From a virus (taxonomy: Duplodnaviria > Caudoviricetes): 64,000 nucleotides of DNA. A model generated the notes under the pieces. The model saw nothing but the letters and a program-made list of their open reading frames with translations, had not been told where the DNA came from and did not search any database. The translations under genes were made by a program, and so were the position numbers. Location of the stretch: positions 6,807 to 70,806 of the IMG/VR virus record IMGVR_UViG_3300023256_000002. The stretch is one strand, 5' to 3'. Positions 21,520-33,590 of the stretch are shown piece after piece; position 1 is the stretch's first letter; each line of letters opens with the position of its first letter.

Positions 21520-21756
21520 TTACCCTTGCAATAATTCAACGACAACACACTTCAAATCAATAACTGGGTTATCAATAGGAAATTTAGTTTTGTTTTTAAA
21601 ATCTGTATAATTTTGCTCTGTCATTTGCAAAACAACAAAGCTGTTATTTACAAATGTAAATTTTATTTTTACCGAAGTTTGTCTGTGTTCGACCAGCTGT
21701 TCGTCAATTACATTGTCATAATTAATACGCCTTTCATTATTAATATTTATTATCAT
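21520..21756 (-). CDS. Hypothetical protein
   Basis: 78-aa ORF, AAGGAG RBS. Confidence 0.5.
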   Translation of the reverse strand: MIININNERRINYDNVIDEQLVEHRQTSVKIKFTFVNNSFVVLQMTEQNYTDFKNKTKFPIDNPVIDLKCVVVELLQG

Positions 21757-21778
21757 TATTTATCTCCTTTTATTTAAC

Positions 21779-24466
21779 TTAACATTTTGAATATCCGCAA
21801 TTAATTCTATCTATACATTCAATACATCCATTAATATATATTAGGTCAGAACCGCAATGTGGACATATATTCTGCGTTTTTGTTCCATCTTTAATAAGTT
21901 CCATTAATGTTTTTCTAATTCAATATATTAAAGAACTTATGTGTTTTGTATATTTCTCAAGTAAATTACATAATTGTCTTAAATCAATATTATGTCTTAA
22001 AGCCATTGAAATTAATCGTGCAATTTTGTCAACATTTGATTGTTTTTCTATTTTAGATTTTACACGTTCAATTAATATTTTATCAACATTATTATTTTCT
22101 AATAATTGGCTAATATCATCAATAAGTTCATCTACAATAGCCGTTTTTTCATGCGAGTTTGTTAAAATAAAAAATTCATAAGGAATTTCAAATTTTTTAG
22201 TAAGATACCCAATAAAAAAGTAATATTTTTTACCATCAGAAACTTTTCTTTTTTTCAAAAATGATTTATTTGGAGGTTTAATGCCATTCGTAACAACATT
22301 CTTTCCATTTTTTCTATAAAAATCATATAATTGTTTATTTTCGCTTGGCAATTTATCACTATTTTTTGCTACAGCAATTTCAGTTAAAACGCCCTCACGG
22401 CACTTATCTCTATATACTGTTACTCCTTTTAATTCACTTAAATATGCATTGCAAAATACATTTTGTACATCTTGTAATGACGCATCAGATGGTAAATTTA
22501 TTGTTTTGCTAATACTGCTGTCAACATATTTTTGAAATACTCCCTGCGTTTTAATATGACGTTCTGGATTAATATCTTGAGATGAAACTAAACATTTTTT
22601 GTTTTTTGCTTCATTAATGATACCAACTTTTATAATTCTTTTACCCAAAATATCATTTCTTTCATATTCAAATCTAAAGTACGGTTCAATTCCACCATTT
22701 ACATTACAAAGCATTGCAATACTTCCAGTCGGAGCAATTGATAATACATTACTATTTCTTAATCCATATTGCCTAACTACCAATTGTGTTTCTTTTGAAC
22801 ATAAATTTAAATAATGTTCGTGTAATTTCGTTACATTGTATACTGGAGCCTTCCCTAATTTTTTCGCCAACATTGCAGAATAATAATAGGATTTGTCTAG
22901 CATAAATTTCATTATTTTATCAGTAAAAGAAATTGCTTCTTGTGTTCCATATGTTATTCCTAATTTAATTAATAAATCTGCATACCCCATAATACCAAGC
23001 CCAATTTGTCTATAATATTTTTGATTTTTTTCTATTTGTTCGTCAAAATATTTTTCTGCATCAATTGACATATCTAAGAATTCAACACCAACTTTAATTG
23101 CTAAATCAAATTTACTTCAATTTATATAATCTGGTTTCGTGTCATCGTAAATTTGTAAAAAATTTATTGAACCTAAATTACAACTTGTACCACCACCATC
23201 ATCGCCAACTGGCAATGTTTGCTCACCGCAATTATGAATCAAAATATTGTTTGCAAAAAAGTTACAGTTATCTTTTACTGTAATATCATAAACGTCTTCC
23301 TTATTATTAAGGATAGTAATATTTTCCAATAAACACTCTTTAATTTTATCATCTAAGAAAACATCAGTTGTTTCTAGTTTTGAAGATTCAATATAATTTC
23401 TATATTTTGTATATATTTTATGATCTGGCGTTAATCTTATACTTTTTCCGTTATTAAACTTAATCTTAATAATGTTTGTATTTTTTCTAGTCAACATTCC
23501 ATTTATTATTTTTTTAAATTCATTCTTTTTTGTTTTTTCATTATATGACAATACCAATATTTCTTCATCATTGTCAAATTTTCCAATACAATCTTTAATT
23601 GTTAAAATGCCAAAATTTGTAGTTAATTTTGTATCTCCAGTAACGCATGGGTTTACTGTATTTATTTTAGCATCATTTTTATAATTTAAGTGTTTGTTAA
23701 TATTGTCTTTAAATAAAATACCTGGTTCTCCAGTTGCTCATGCATTGCTAATAATAATATCTCATAACTTTCTTGCTTTTATTGTTCTATGTATTTTGAC
23801 TGGATAACCTTTTGCAATTCAATCTTCAATAAATCCATTTCATTCTGCATCATAAATATCTTTACTTATTTTATCAATATCTGGAAAAATTAAATTTCAA
23901 TCATCTTCATTTTTTAATGCAATCATAAATTCATCAGATACCAATGGCGATATATTCATATTATTTATTTCGCCCAAATCATTCTTAACATTTAAGAAGT
24001 CAATAATTGACGGGTGCCACATATCTAAAATTCCAATTAACGCTCCTCTTCTGCTACCACCTTGCGTAATAACGCTTTGCATATATGCAAATCTTTTCAT
24101 AAACGAAACGGCGCCAGATGATACCGAATCTTTATAATGACATCGCTCTGTGTCTGCCGGTCTTAATATTGAAAAGTTTGTTCCAATCCCGCCGCCCCTT
24201 GACGAGACCAAATCAGATCTCGCTTCAAATTTTGAAATTGCCTCTAATGAATCATTTTTATAGCCAAGGGCATAACAATTAAATAATGTTTTTTTTATTT
24301 TATTTTCTCGTGCTATTAGTTGTCTGCCAGCAGGCATAAATAACATTTGCGTCATTAATTCATATTGTTCGTCATTGTAAGCGACTCTTTTACACATATC
24401 GTCAAATGTTTCTGTATCATACATTTGGTATTTCTTCTTGAATATTTGTTGATTAACTTTTTGCAT
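21779..24466 (-). CDS. nrdJ: Class II (B12-dependent-like) ribonucleotide reductase with mini-intein (code 4, 895 aa precursor)
   Basis: FMPAGR, NCY, GGGIGTNFS, SRRGA, A[W]ATGEPG, NP|CGEQ, CNLGSIN, IAPTG, SKTINLP, TVYRD, C-terminal CPHCGS..GC..C..CGYSKC; 7 in-frame TGA. Confidence 0.85.
23231..23647 (-). mobile_element. Mini-intein (139 aa, no endonuclease) at the RNR NP/CGE active site
   Basis: Starts CVTGDT, block B LTPDH, ends VYDITV..NFFANNILIHN followed by Cys. Confidence 0.88.
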
Positions 24467-24479
24467 ATACCCTTATCTC

Positions 24480-25025
24480 CTACTTTTTGCTGTCTATCAT
24501 TTCGGCCACTATTTGTTTGGCAATTATTTGTATATTCTCTGACGTTGCTTTTTCTTTAGTTTGAATTTCCATAATGCCTGTTTTATTCCAATGATATAAT
24601 TTTTTATCTTCTTTAGAATAACCAATTACAGAAAAATCATTTGCACCATCACCATAAAACTCTGTTATATTTTTTTCTTCTATCAATCTCATTACTTTAT
24701 ATGGCGAACCAATATAAGAATCGTCTTGTTTTGAATAGCAAGATACTAATAATGTATTTTTGCCATTCATTACAGATATATCTTTTTCTTCTAAAAATTT
24801 CTTATTGCCAACATTCGTCACTTCATTAATGGCAACTGAAACATATTGCATCAAAAACTCTATCGCTTCCTTGCGATAGAATTGTGTATTTTTCTTATAA
24901 TAAATAGTTCATCAAAAGTCGCCGAATAGTTTTTTTATTGGTGTATAGAAGTATTTTTTTGATTTTCCGTGTCATGCGGATCTGCCATAATATTTTGGAA
25001 ATATAATTCCTTTGTAAACTCTCAT
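24480..25025 (-). CDS. Hypothetical protein (code 4, 181 aa)
   Basis: GAGG RBS; open through three TGA including a TGA-TGA pair (GDF[W][W]TIYY). Confidence 0.6.
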
Positions 25026-25040
25026 TGTATAACCTCTTAT

Positions 25041-25220
25041 TTATTTTTTTGTTATTTTATATTCTTGAATTTGCTTAATATTTTTAATTTGCTCGTTAAG
25101 TTTATTGCCTATAAAACTTAATAACTCTTCTTCTTTTAGACCAAAATATTCGCAATCAAAAGAAAAGGGCATCGATGCCCCTGTATCTTTTAGAACGACA
25201 TAACCTTTATATTTGTACAT
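25041..25220 (-). CDS. Small hypothetical protein (59 aa)
   Basis: MYKYKGYVVLKDTG...; fills the gap between neighbours. Confidence 0.45.
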   Translation of the reverse strand: MYKYKGYVVLKDTGASMPFSFDCEYFGLKEEELLSFIGNKLNEQIKNIKQIQEYKITKK

Positions 25221-25223
25221 ATA

Positions 25224-25865
25224 TTAATCCTCTGGCATGTCTCGCCAATCTTTTTTTGCCATAATATGTAATGCCCACCAGCCAAAACCATTTCCTGGGA
25301 ACTCACACATTTTTCCCTCTACTAAAAAAATAAACGGTCTGCCATTAACATAAGATGTATAAATTGGGCTAGAGACTCCCATCTTGGCTTTATTAAATAG
25401 TATTTTTTGACCATAATTAAGTTCATTACCTGGGCAATGATTCGTACCAACTAAATATGCTTTCGCTTTATTTTCAATTGCTTTCTTAGGAACAAATAAT
25501 ATTGAATCTTGGTCAAACATTTCACCGATTTTTCTTAAATTTTTCTCAAGATTGCCAATATCATTCAAATCAACTACAAAAAACGCTATTTCTTTTACGG
25601 GCACTCCTTCCTCAGTACTTTTGCCAACCAGTCTTGTAATCCCATATCCTTTGCTTCGCAATTTTGCCGATAAAGATTTATTTCTCTTCTGTTTGTCGCT
25701 ACGAGAATATTTGCCGCCCTTGCCACAATCTGCCGCCGTTCTATACGCAGTTATGGCTCCGCAATCATGTTCGTGATTATGCGACCAAATTCTACTTAGG
25801 GAGCTTTCTTTCAATACATCTTTAATTTCTTCTTTAATAAATTTTCTTATCTTTACGTCTTCCAT
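25224..25865 (-). CDS. Conserved phage hypothetical protein
   Basis: ESSLSRIW...ITAYR...FDQDSILF motifs; N-terminal KFIKEEI motif. Confidence 0.65.
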   Translation of the reverse strand: MEDVKIRKFIKEEIKDVLKESSLSRIWSHNHEHDCGAITAYRTAADCGKGGKYSRSDKQKRNKSLSAKLRSKGYGITRLVGKSTEEGVPVKEIAFFVVDLNDIGNLEKNLRKIGEMFDQDSILFVPKKAIENKAKAYLVGTNHCPGNELNYGQKILFNKAKMGVSSPIYTSYVNGRPFIFLVEGKMCEFPGNGFGWWALHIMAKKDWRDMPED

Positions 25866-25869
25866 TTTA

Positions 25870-27282
25870 TTAACCTTCTTGTAAGTGTTTATTTCTCATT
25901 TCTTTGCCCATATCTTTTCAAATCTTTTTCAATAAAGGAACATAATCATCTGGGTAAAAACCAAATCCTGAAATATTTGTAATATCTTTGTGGCCGCCTG
26001 ATGATGCTTTTATTATATCCCAAACTGAAATTTTTACATTTTCTAATACAGCCTTTTGTTTGGCTGACATTCATTTGTAATCTTTTTTCGATATATTTTG
26101 TAATACTTTGCCGAATCCTGAGTCTAATTGTACATTAATTTGCTTACCAAAGAGATTAACGAAATCTGTAAATTGAAAATTCATTGTGTCTCTTGGGGCA
26201 TACATTGTTTTGCCCTTTCTAATGTCGCCTTCAAATTGTCTTTTGACATCGGCCAAACTAATCTTCACACTAAGCTTTGATTTATATTTATTCATTACGC
26301 TCCATGCTATATCCGCCAAATGATACGGATTGACCGCTTTCTTAAATGGGTTCTTTGAAATTTGTACAAGCCCCATTGGCCATGCAATACAAATATAATC
26401 AGCTTCAGGATATAATTTGAAAGGCGTATATCTATCATAAGAACCTGGCTTAAGTGCCCCAGCAGACAATCCATATACCATCACGGTGGTTCCTTCCAAA
26501 TATAATTTATCACTTTCTTTATTTAGAATTGCCTTTTTAACATAATTTGCACTATTTGCTTTTAACTTTGCCGGATCGAACCCTAACTTCTTTGCTTCAT
26601 TTTTCATATTAAGATATATGTTTTTCAATGATGGATTTGATTTCATAACTATGTTGGATAAGAATTGTTTTTTGTTTTTGTATGCTAATAACATTTTATT
26701 TACCACCAAACCGAAAAAAATTGTATTCTTATTAACGCTTAATTTTTTATTATACTTAAATACTGTATTCATTACATTGTCTGGCGTTATATCGTTAACC
26801 GCAAAATCAGCAGAATCAACCATATTAATAACTTTCGCATCTTCTGCCGAATATATATTGCTCGTTGCCACTTTATCAGAAATTGCTGTTGCGTTTGAAG
26901 GTGATTTTACAAAGTAATTTGCCGCCTTTTTATCAACACCAGCTTGATTATCATGGTGGTCTGTATGTATTCTTATATCTGGCTTTGAATGTGCAAAGTC
27001 AACCAAAACATGAAGCCATCCAGGAGTCATGTTATGAGTTGTAAATTCTTTATTTCCATATTGAATTGGATATGCGTCTTTAAGCTTTATACCATTTTTC
27101 TTTAAATATTCTTTCATAGCAATTGCCGTTGCAATGCCGTCAAGGTCAATATGGAACCACATCTCTGCATTTTTATATTGTTTTGCTAATTTTTTTATAT
27201 TTTGCAATCCCGATTCGGTAAATAATTCTCTATGTTCACTGAATACTTCTGACACTATTTCTCTTCTTTCACTTGTTTTCAT
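25870..27282 (-). CDS. DHH-family phosphoesterase-like protein (code 4, 470 aa)
   Basis: HIDLDG, VDFAH, TDHH motifs; TGA read-through restores a DHHA1-type SGGH motif. Confidence 0.7.
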
Positions 27283-27323
27283 TAAAAAATCTCCTATCCA
27301 TTTAATATAAATATTAATAAATT

Positions 27324-28736
27324 TTAGTTTTTTTGCTCTTTATTTGAATTATCTTCGATTTCTTTATTTTCTTTAACTTCATTGCCATTTAATTCATTAA
27401 ATTTTTGTCTGTAATAGTCTCTCTTTAGACCATCTTTTTTGAATGCTTTCTCAGTTTCTTTCCTACCTGCAACAGTCGCTTTGTCGTGTACCGTGAAGTT
27501 GCCGTTTGCCGCATTAACTGATGTGCCGTATGTAAGACCATCTGGCCCAAATCTATTTTTAACAATGTGAACCCTTCCAGTTCCAGAAACTTTGTCCTCA
27601 ACCGTTCTTGAAATTGATATAATAAAATCTGAAATCATTATTTTCTTATAACTATCTGCAACCTGGTGTCCTTGAACTATTTCAGACTCAGCTGAGGAAC
27701 GTTGGGCCTGACTTGCGGTTCATACAGGGACTTCAAATACACCAGCCAAACCTCTAAGTTCTTTGAATATATTGCCACCTATATGATAACTATTGTCTTG
27801 CCCTTTGAGAGTTTTTGTGGATAGTAAATCGCCATAATCAACTATAATTAAATCTGGTTTGAATTTTAGCATTTCATGTTTTTTTATATGTGCGTATAAA
27901 GTTTGAACACTCGCCGTTGATGTCGGGAAAAATTTGACAGTTAGATCGCCTTTCAATTGTTCAACTTTTTTGATTGTAGCTTCTTTGTGATATTTTAAGT
28001 CTTGTGATTGTATTCCAGTTAAAATTGCGTCATATCTAAGTCCAGTATATGCTTCGCTTAATTCAAGTGTATAATGTAAAACATTTTTACCCAAACGTAA
28101 AGCATGCATTCCTATATTTGCAAGCAACCAACTTTTTCCCGTTCCAGGACCCCCAATAACACATCCTAATTCGCCCTTACCAATTCCGCCATCTGTCAAT
28201 TCATTAACAACATTCCATGGTGTGATTATACATTTTCTCAAAGCTTCGTTATATCTTTCCTCGAATTGTGTCTTGTATTCAAGACCAACGCTTTTAATTT
28301 CGCCTTTCTTCATTACTTCGGCAAACATTTCGTGTATAGCAGAATAATCACCAGCTTTTAATAAGTCTACTGATTGTAATATTGCACCTTTCATTTCTTG
28401 ATTTTTAAAAAATTTGACTGCTTCGTCTTTTATATATGGTAAATCTGTTGCTTTTAAGTTTCTAATAACATCTTTGATTGAAGAGACTACTTGGGACTTT
28501 TCAACTTCGCCTGCAATCTTCCTAATTTCATTTTTCAATGCGTCAAGGCTCATTACATTTCTATATGTTTCAAAGTATTCTAATTGTTTTCCAACTATTC
28601 ATTGATTTGAGTCCGAATCAAAATAATCAGTTTTAATAACATCACTTACTTGTTCTAAAAATTCTTTATCTGTTAATAATGATGTTATTAATTTTATTTG
28701 AAAAGCATATCCAAATGTACTTAAAGTATCTGCCAT
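27324..28736 (-). CDS. Replicative DnaB/gp41-like helicase (code 4, 470 aa)
   Basis: GGPGTGKS Walker A, IIVDYGDLL, VPV[TGA]TASQ, KNRFG. Confidence 0.9.
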
Positions 28737-28836
28737 AACCTATATCTCCTATTTAATATTTCTTGCTGTATAATATATATACTTTGGTTTATCTTAAATA
28801 GTAGTTATCTTTAGATTTTTGGCGGCCCCTATATCG

Positions 28837-29820
28837 TTAATGAATTGTTTCAATTATTACGCCAAGTTCTTCTAATTTTTTATCTATTTGAGCTAATACA
28901 TTTTTAAGTTCTGTTTTTGTACTGCCTTCTGTGTATTTTTTTGTGGCCTTGTAAAATTTGCTATAATTATATTTTGACCAGTCATCCAATGTTTCATATC
29001 CGGCTTCATGTGCTAACTCTTTCATTTCTTTGAACATTTTCATATACTTCATTTACTTACTCCTTTCTGTTTTTTCTCTCATCTTTCTCCCTCAAAACTG
29101 CCTATCTTGCATACTGGCAGTTATCTACCATCTCCCAATATTTAGATCATTGTAAATATGACTTTTGTGAATTATGATAAACTCTTTATCTGAAACTTTA
29201 TATTTTTCCCACGTATTTATTGTACTTCCATCTGAAAAAGTACATGCTAGAAGAGTTGTTCCACCGCCACTAACCATATTGTAACTTGTATAATTGCATC
29301 CATCATAACTTTGCACAAGTTTAGCAACAGTTCCCTTAGGTGGCGTTTCACCATTATAATAATTTGTGGTTACAATTCCATCTTTTTCTTCAATTACAAT
29401 GTTTTCATTTGCCATTAGTAAACCTCCGATTAAAATTAATACTACAATTAAACATTTCATCTTTCCCCCTTAAAACTGCAATTCAGTTTGAACAACATAA
29501 TTTTCAATTCTACTTTTAGCAATCTCAAAATAATTTCTTCAACATTTTCTCTCATTTTCCCCCTCAAAACTGCCTATCTATGCTCTTGCATGGCATATAG
29601 CCGTTATGTGTAATTAAACTGCCCACCATATTTTAAATACCCACATTGTTCTTGTTTTGTGGCAATTTATATGATAATTGCGCCCCCTACTATGCATTTT
29701 ATGTCCAGTCCCCTTTTTGGTTATTTCTGGATTTCCAGCATAATATAATATATAATCTTCTACTATCCTGCATTGTTGTAAAAGACTTATTCCATTTACT
29801 GCTTCAATTTTTATTTTCAT
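28837..29820 (-). CDS. Three small hypothetical ORFs (28837-29052, 29125-29460, 29614-29820) separated by attC-like hairpins
   Basis: ORF track with RBS motifs. Confidence 0.5.
29094..29124. repeat. attC-like hairpin, copy 2
   Basis: AACTGCC...GGCAGTT perfect 7-bp arms, directly after the TAG of 29125-29460. Confidence 0.55.
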
Positions 29821-29883
29821 CTTTCCCCCTTAAAACTCCAATTTAATTTAAACAACATAATTTTCAATTCTACTTTTAGCAAT
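29455..29883. repeat. 69-bp direct repeat (29455-29523 and 29815-29883)
   Basis: 65/69 identical by eye; copies the 3' end of the MTase gene plus the following RBS and ATG. Confidence 0.8.
29566..29610. repeat. attC-like hairpin, copy 3
   Basis: AAC-TGCC-TATCTATGC...GCATAT-AGCC-GTTATG, directly after the TAA of 29614-29820. Confidence 0.55.
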
Positions 29884-31158
29884 ATTAAAATAATCCTCAT
29901 CTAACTCGATTCCGATGAAGTTAAAGTTTTCAAGTTTAGCACCTATTCCAGTTGAGCCTGAACCCATAAACGGGTCGAGGATAGTTCCGCCTTTCGGAGT
30001 TATAAGCCTGCATAGATATCTCATTAAGTTAATAGGTTTTATAGTTGGATGATTATTTTTCATTGGTTTAGATAATTTATATTCAAATTTACCAGAGCAT
30101 TTCGAATGGTCATTTTTATAATTATCAGTTAATCCGCAATCAACACAATATCTAACTCCCTGATTGTTTCCTCTTGGTGTTCGCTCTTTCTCTTCAAACC
30201 CATCAAGCCCTTTATTCCGCTCACTTTTTGAAGCCTTCGCACAATAAAAAAAGCGGGAGGCAGAGCCAGAACCAGCGTCGGGGAGCTTAACCTCATCAGC
30301 AGAGTTCTTATTCATACCCCAACCATCTTGTTCGGGTTTAACACTTCGTTGTAATTTACGAGCCTTACCGCTACCATTACTATCAGGAAACAGCCCAACC
30401 ACTTCATCACTTCCATCGTGGATTAGGTTGGCTGGGAAACGACCGAGTGAACTTGTTTTATTACCGCCATTTCCGCCACTTGATTTAGCAACATCCCAAC
30501 TGGTAGCATTTTCACCACAACTATTCCCACTTCCCGTTGGTTGTTTTTCCCCATTAAGATTTACCCTGCACCCATCAATATTAATTCCACCAGTCCCATA
30601 TTTCAGCACATTCTTAGCTATAGTTTTTTCAGATAAAGGCTTTCTACATAGTGTCCACAGCTCCATCGCAGGTTTTAGAGCTGTTCCCCAACCTTCGTAT
30701 TTAGAGTTTCCTTTGGTATGTTTATTTATTCCACGACCATCTGGTTCTTCTCCAACGCTAAAAGAATTTCCACCCCATCTCTTTTTCCCATCTGGTGCAA
30801 CATAATCAGTTTCTTCTCTCTCATTACCCTGTAATTTATCCACTGCTTTTCCTATATTCAAACTCTTTGGAAATCCCGAACCATATACCCAAGCCACAAT
30901 ATCACGTATTTCAAAGCCAGCGTCTTCAAGATTAACTGCCATTCTATGCTGAGTTCTCGTTCCACAAGCTACCAAAGCGTGTCCACCTGCTTTCAAAACT
31001 CTTAGAGCTTCCTGCCAGACTTCAACTTTTGGAACGTTATAATCCCACTTTTTTCCCATAAATGATATACCGTAAGGTGGATCAACAACAATAGAGTCTA
31101 CACTATTATCTTCTAATTTCTGCATCTCGATTAAGCAATCACCTTGTATTAATTTCAT
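29848..31158 (-). CDS. DNA methyltransferase (N6A/N4C, beta class)
   Basis: VDPPYG motif IV, HPTIKP, ILDPFMGSGSTG motif I. Confidence 0.92.
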   Translation of the reverse strand: MKLIQGDCLIEMQKLEDNSVDSIVVDPPYGISFMGKKWDYNVPKVEVWQEALRVLKAGGHALVACGTRTQHRMAVNLEDAGFEIRDIVAWVYGSGFPKSLNIGKAVDKLQGNEREETDYVAPDGKKRWGGNSFSVGEEPDGRGINKHTKGNSKYEGWGTALKPAMELWTLCRKPLSEKTIAKNVLKYGTGGINIDGCRVNLNGEKQPTGSGNSCGENATSWDVAKSSGGNGGNKTSSLGRFPANLIHDGSDEVVGLFPDSNGSGKARKLQRSVKPEQDGWGMNKNSADEVKLPDAGSGSASRFFYCAKASKSERNKGLDGFEEKERTPRGNNQGVRYCVDCGLTDNYKNDHSKCSGKFEYKLSKPMKNNHPTIKPINLMRYLCRLITPKGGTILDPFMGSGSTGIGAKLENFNFIGIELDEDYFNIAKSRIENYVV

Positions 31159-31308
31159 TTACTTGCTCCTTTCTGCTTCTTTCTCTTTTGCAATCCCTTC
31201 TTTAATGAGGTCAGAAGCCACCTCATAAATTTTTTTGTTCTCTACGGCGCAATACACTTTTAAATCGTGAAATGCGTCCTCGTTAATCTTAACATTTTTT
31301 TTGTTCAT
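31159..31308 (-). CDS. Small ribbon-helix-helix-like DNA-binding protein (49 aa)
   Basis: KNVKINEDAFHDLKVYCAVENKKIYEVASDLIKEG; stop abuts the MTase ATG. Confidence 0.5.
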   Translation of the reverse strand: MNKKNVKINEDAFHDLKVYCAVENKKIYEVASDLIKEGIAKEKEAERSK

Positions 31309-31379
31309 ATTTCCACTCCATAACCTTTCTCATATATACATATCAAAAAGTCAAAAGATAAAAAAATCTATAAAATATT

Positions 31380-32444
31380 TTATCTTCCGTCTAATTCTTT
31401 GTTATATTTTATGGCAAATAAGTTTAACTTATTGAATAATAAAATTCAGGTGTTAATATTTTTTATTACCATAAATAGTTTATCTTTCAATGACAAAAGG
31501 TGGATTTGATACTTATTTAGTTCAGTAATTTGATTATCTAATAACGCCAATATATCTAATTTTGATTTGCCGGATATTATTGATGTTTCTAATTGCATTA
31601 ATTCATAATTTCTATCTAAAACTTTTTTATTTTTAACCATTGTCTGACATTTCTTTGACTTCTCATATTTCTTTGCTTCTGTAATTAAATCATCAGAACA
31701 ATATTGTTTCTCTTCTTCTAAGAATTCAAAATATTTTTTTATAGTTGATAAGCCGAAACCTTTAACTCCAGGAATATTATCGCTTACATCTCCATTTATT
31801 GCTTTATATAAAGCAAAGTTATTTGGATGTATACCATACTCATGAAGTACTTTCGCCACTGTGTAAACTTCTTTTTTTGTAGGGCTCCATACCTTTACCC
31901 TATCACTAACCAATTGTAGGAAATCCCTATCGGCTGACATAATAATATAATTTGCATCTTTTCTTAATGCAGTTATATACGCAATTGTATCATCAGCTTC
32001 AATGTTATCAATACTGATAAGTGTAACAGGTAACGCTTGCAAGTATTCAATGAGACGTTCTAACTGAAGCTCTTTCATCTTATCATCATTAACGTCATCT
32101 TGGAAATCATACGCTCTGTTGTATTTGGTTTTCTTTTTGGTTGGATGTCTATGGGCTTTGTATTCTGGGAAAAGTTTCTTTCTTCTTTGCGAACCGCCAA
32201 CGCCATCAAAAACTATAACACATCTTGTCGGTGTAAATCTTTTAATTGCATAACCTATTGAATATAAGAAGCCAGAAATGCCACCAATATGAGCCCCATC
32301 GTCGTTAGATGCTGGCGAAACTGCATAAGCTCTGAGAAAGGTATTAAGGCCATCTATTATTAGAACTTTACTATTGATACTTTCTGGCTTCTTATCTTTA
32401 GATAATTCTTTTAGAATATCAGCGTAACTTTTTTTCATTAACAT
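31380..32444 (-). CDS. 5'-3' exonuclease / FEN-RNase H (code 4, 354 aa)
   Basis: LIIDGLN, VFDG, YKAHR, EADD, SADRDF, GDVSDNIPGVKG; one TGA near the C-terminus. Confidence 0.9.
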
Positions 32445-32455
32445 TACGAGAAATC

Positions 32456-33562
32456 CTAATTTTCTACATGTTCGTCTGAGATTTCTATTTCATCAATATC
32501 AATTACTTCTTTGGGTTTATACTTCATAATACACGCATCGCATAAAAGTCCATAAACATAATCATACATACCTTTTTTTGAAAGCATATCGCCCCAACTT
32601 TTTGATTGAAATTTTTTAATCGTACCATCTTCAAGTGGTATTGAATACCAAGCTCCAGCACTCGTAACAACGCCTCTTTCTTTCAATGTTTGTAGCCAAG
32701 AACTGAGATCGTCTATACCCCTATCAAAATAAATTTGAAAAATTGCTTGTCTTAATGGTGGACCTAATCTATTCTTGGCAATCTTTGCTCGAATATTCAT
32801 TCCAATAACGTCTTTCATTTTATTAAATATCTTAGTTGATTTGTCAAGTCTAATACGTACACTGGAATGGAAACCAAGTGCTTTACCGCCACTTGTGGTA
32901 TATTTGTCCCCAAATGTAACTCCTAAATTTACTCTTAATTGCTGAGTAAAAATAAGTGCTATATTTTGAGTGCCAATCATATCAGTTATTTTACGCATTG
33001 CTTTTGATGTAATAATTGCTTTAGCTGTAGACCAACCATCTTTATCAAAATCACTTTCCATTTCAACCTTTGTTGTTGCACCAGCAAGTGAGTCAACCAA
33101 GATTGCTAATTTAATATCTTTATCGGTCTCTCTTACTTTGGTTATCATGCTTTCAATTGTTTCAAATATATCTTCCACTAAGCTCAATCTAATATATAAT
33201 AGTTTTTTCAAATCAATGCCAATTACTTCCAAAAATGGTCTAAAAACTGACGTTTCTGTATCTATATATACAGCTATTCCGCCTTGTTTTTGACATGATG
33301 CAAGTAAGTGCGCACCTACTAATGATTTGCCTGAGCTTTCTAATCCTTGTAATTCTGTTATACGTCCATATGGAACACCGCCATTTGGGATGTTTGATAT
33401 GGCCAAATCAAGAACGGAGGAACCGGTGCCTAATCAGTCCCTCACGTCTGTTGGAGTATAAATATCATCGTCAAGAAAGTATGCAACCTTTTGTGTTTTG
33501 TGTTTTTTATTTAATGCGTCATGCAAAGCTGATGTTAAAGCATTTCTATCTGTTTTACCCAT
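32456..33562 (-). CDS. recA: RecA/UvsX recombinase (code 4, 368 aa)
   Basis: RD[TGA]LGTGS...LDLA, GLESSGKS, DTE, VDSLA, SGGKALGFHSSVRIRL, KNR. Confidence 0.92.
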
Positions 33563-33590
33563 TTGTAATACTCCCGTTGTTTTTTTATTT

